Shown: piece by piece, positions 17,991 through 18,931 of the stretch | Layout: each line of letters starts with the position of its first letter | How positions within the stretch are numbered: the stretch's first letter is position 1 | Source of the DNA: Fonticula alba ATCC 38817 | Taxonomy: Eukaryota > Protista > Nucleariida | Assembly (NCBI GenBank): GCA_000388065.2 | Contig: KB932216.1 | Length of the DNA: 18,931 nucleotides | Strand: one strand, 5' to 3' | Translations under genes and position numbers: made by a program | The notes under the pieces: generated by a model | The model's database searches: none | What the model saw: only the letters and a program-made list of their open reading frames with translations | Told to the model about the DNA's origin: nothing

Positions 17991-18931
17991 ATGTTCGCCT
18001 CGTCGCTGTCGCGCTCGGCCGCCGGCCGGTCGGCCGGGCGTGCCTTCCGCTTCGCTTCGCCCCTGGCATCGGGCCCGCTGGCTCCGGGCCCGCTGGCTCC
18101 GGGCCCGCTGGCAGTCCTGCCCCCCGGGCTGGCGCTCCCCGAGCCGGTCGCCGCCATCCCCGCCGCCCCCACCGCCCCACACCGCCTGTTCTCGCTGACC
18201 GCCAGTGCAGCCTTCAGCGCTCAATCCGCCCTGGATCCGGTCGCTCCCCCGCCGTCGCCCGCCCGCCGCCCGAGCAGCAACGTGAAGTCCCTCTTTTCCG
18301 CCTGCGCCGACATCATGGCCAAGAAGAAGTCCACCGTGCAGGAGCGCTTTGCCCGCGTGCAGCGCCAGTCCAAAGCCCAATGGACGCACATCGTGAGCCA
18401 GGTGCGACGGTGCCTCCCCCGCCCGCCCGCCCGCCCGCCCGCCCGCCCGCCCGCTCACCTCCCTGACGGCCCTGCCACGGGGCTGCCCCGCTGCGACCCC
18501 CCTCCCCGCAGGCCAACAGCTCGCCGGAGCTCGAGAGTGCGTCTGCCCTTCTGCCCTTGCCCGCTCCCATGTGCCCCTGCCTTCGCCCCGGCTGACCTGA
18601 TGTGGCCCACGCGCTGTGGCAGAGGTCGCCGGCGCCGGAGCCCACCTGCGCTTTGTGAATGCCATCACCCCGGACTTGATGGACGCCTGCTACAATGTCA
18701 TCATGACCAACATGGCTCCCATGTGCGCTCGACCGCTCCTGGCCCCCCCCCCCCCGCCGGCGCCCGTCTGGCGGCCACTCCTGGCCCTTCTGCACGCCGC
18801 TCACCGTTGGCCATCCTCGGCGGGGCGCGGAACAGGCAGGCAGGTCCATCAGGGCCAGGGGCAGCGGAGGGCCGCCCGGCTCTCCTGCTCTCGGGCCACG
18901 GAGCGCCCGGCCCAGGGCCCGGTGGTGTCAC
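17991..18931 (+). CDS. NAA40: N-alpha-acetyltransferase 40 (NatD/Nat4)-like, 3'-partial; exons 17991 (or 18315)-18401, 18512-18536, 18623-18722, continuing beyond the window
   Basis: The spliced product MAKKKSTVQERFARVQRQSKAQWTHIVSQ-ANSSPELEK-VAGAGAHLRFVNAITPDLMDACYNVIMTNMAP(M) parallels the NAA40 N-terminus as I recall it (basic start, AAN, then [21 protein letters not shown]). Donors GTGCGA 18402, GTGCGT 18537 and GTGCGC 18723. CAG acceptors end at 18511 and 18622. The GNAT core is not in the window. Missing from the ORF track, probably because the unspliced frame reaches the window end without a stop. Confidence 0.75.
   Translation, partial: MFASSLSRSAAGRSAGRAFRFASPLASGPLAPGPLAPGPLAVLPPGLALPEPVAAIPAAPTAPHRLFSLTASAAFSAQSALDPVAPPPSPARRPSSNVKSLFSACADIMAKKKSTVQERFARVQRQSKAQWTHIVSQVRRCLPRPPARPPARPPAHLPDGPATGLPRCDPPPRRPTARRSSRVRLPFCPCPLPCAPAFAPADLMWPTRCGRGRRRRSPPALCECHHPGLDGRLLQCHHDQHGSHVRSTAPGPPPPAGARLAATPGPSARRSPLAILGGARNRQAGPSGPGAAEGRPALLLSGHGAPGPGPGGV
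18071..18112 (+). repeat. 15-bp tandem repeat GGGCCCGCTGGCTCC x2.8, encoding (GPLAP)n in the NAA40 N-terminal extension frame
   Basis: Two exact copies plus a 12-nt partial copy. The period is a multiple of 3. Confidence 0.9.
18421..18452 (+). repeat. (GCCC)8 tetranucleotide repeat in NAA40 intron 1
   Basis: Directly visible. Confidence 0.9.

Noticed and set aside
17891-18172. - strand ORF MAATGSGSASPGG..AKRKARP with high GC3
   Set aside because: It shares third codon positions with the + strand NAA40 extension frame, and the local poly-C polarity indicates + strand transcription.
1-18931. CRISPR arrays, transposon ends, tRNA/rRNA or a functional gene cluster
   Set aside because: I saw no spaced direct repeats, terminal inverted repeats with target duplications, transposase motifs or RNA-gene signatures. 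The four genes act in unrelated processes, so clustering is not supported.

Overview
Very GC-rich, intron-containing eukaryotic DNA with four assembly gaps. The style resembles Fonticula-like opisthokont protists, but this cannot be confirmed from the window. Four protein-coding genes can be rebuilt by hand from splice signals. (1) A 3-exon, 129-aa BOD1/Shg1-like gene (+, 339-992). (2) Glutathione reductase (+, 1404-3070), whose N-terminal exon(s) are not in the visible sequence and probably lie in the 10-N gap. (3) A ~3,100-aa HEATR5/Laa1-family AP-1 accessory protein (-, 13883-3743) with an 8.66-kb terminal exon. (4) The 5' part of an NAA40/NatD-like N-terminal acetyltransferase (+, from 17991 or 18315, running off the window). 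Most other long ORFs in the track are GC-driven or antisense shadows. I found no tRNA, rRNA, CRISPR array or mobile element. The best leads are: an in-frame upstream ATG adding a 108-aa extension to NAA40 that begins like a mitochondrial presequence, in a leaky-scanning arrangement; a GTRCG 5' splice consensus in 9 of 9 donors, with C-rich tracts and distal branch points; a gamma-ear-like DFSDF C-terminus on HEATR5; and a promoter-like motif, hairpins and possible unannotated transcripts in the 4.4-kb HEATR5-NAA40 interval. All of these are hypotheses that need RNA or comparative data.
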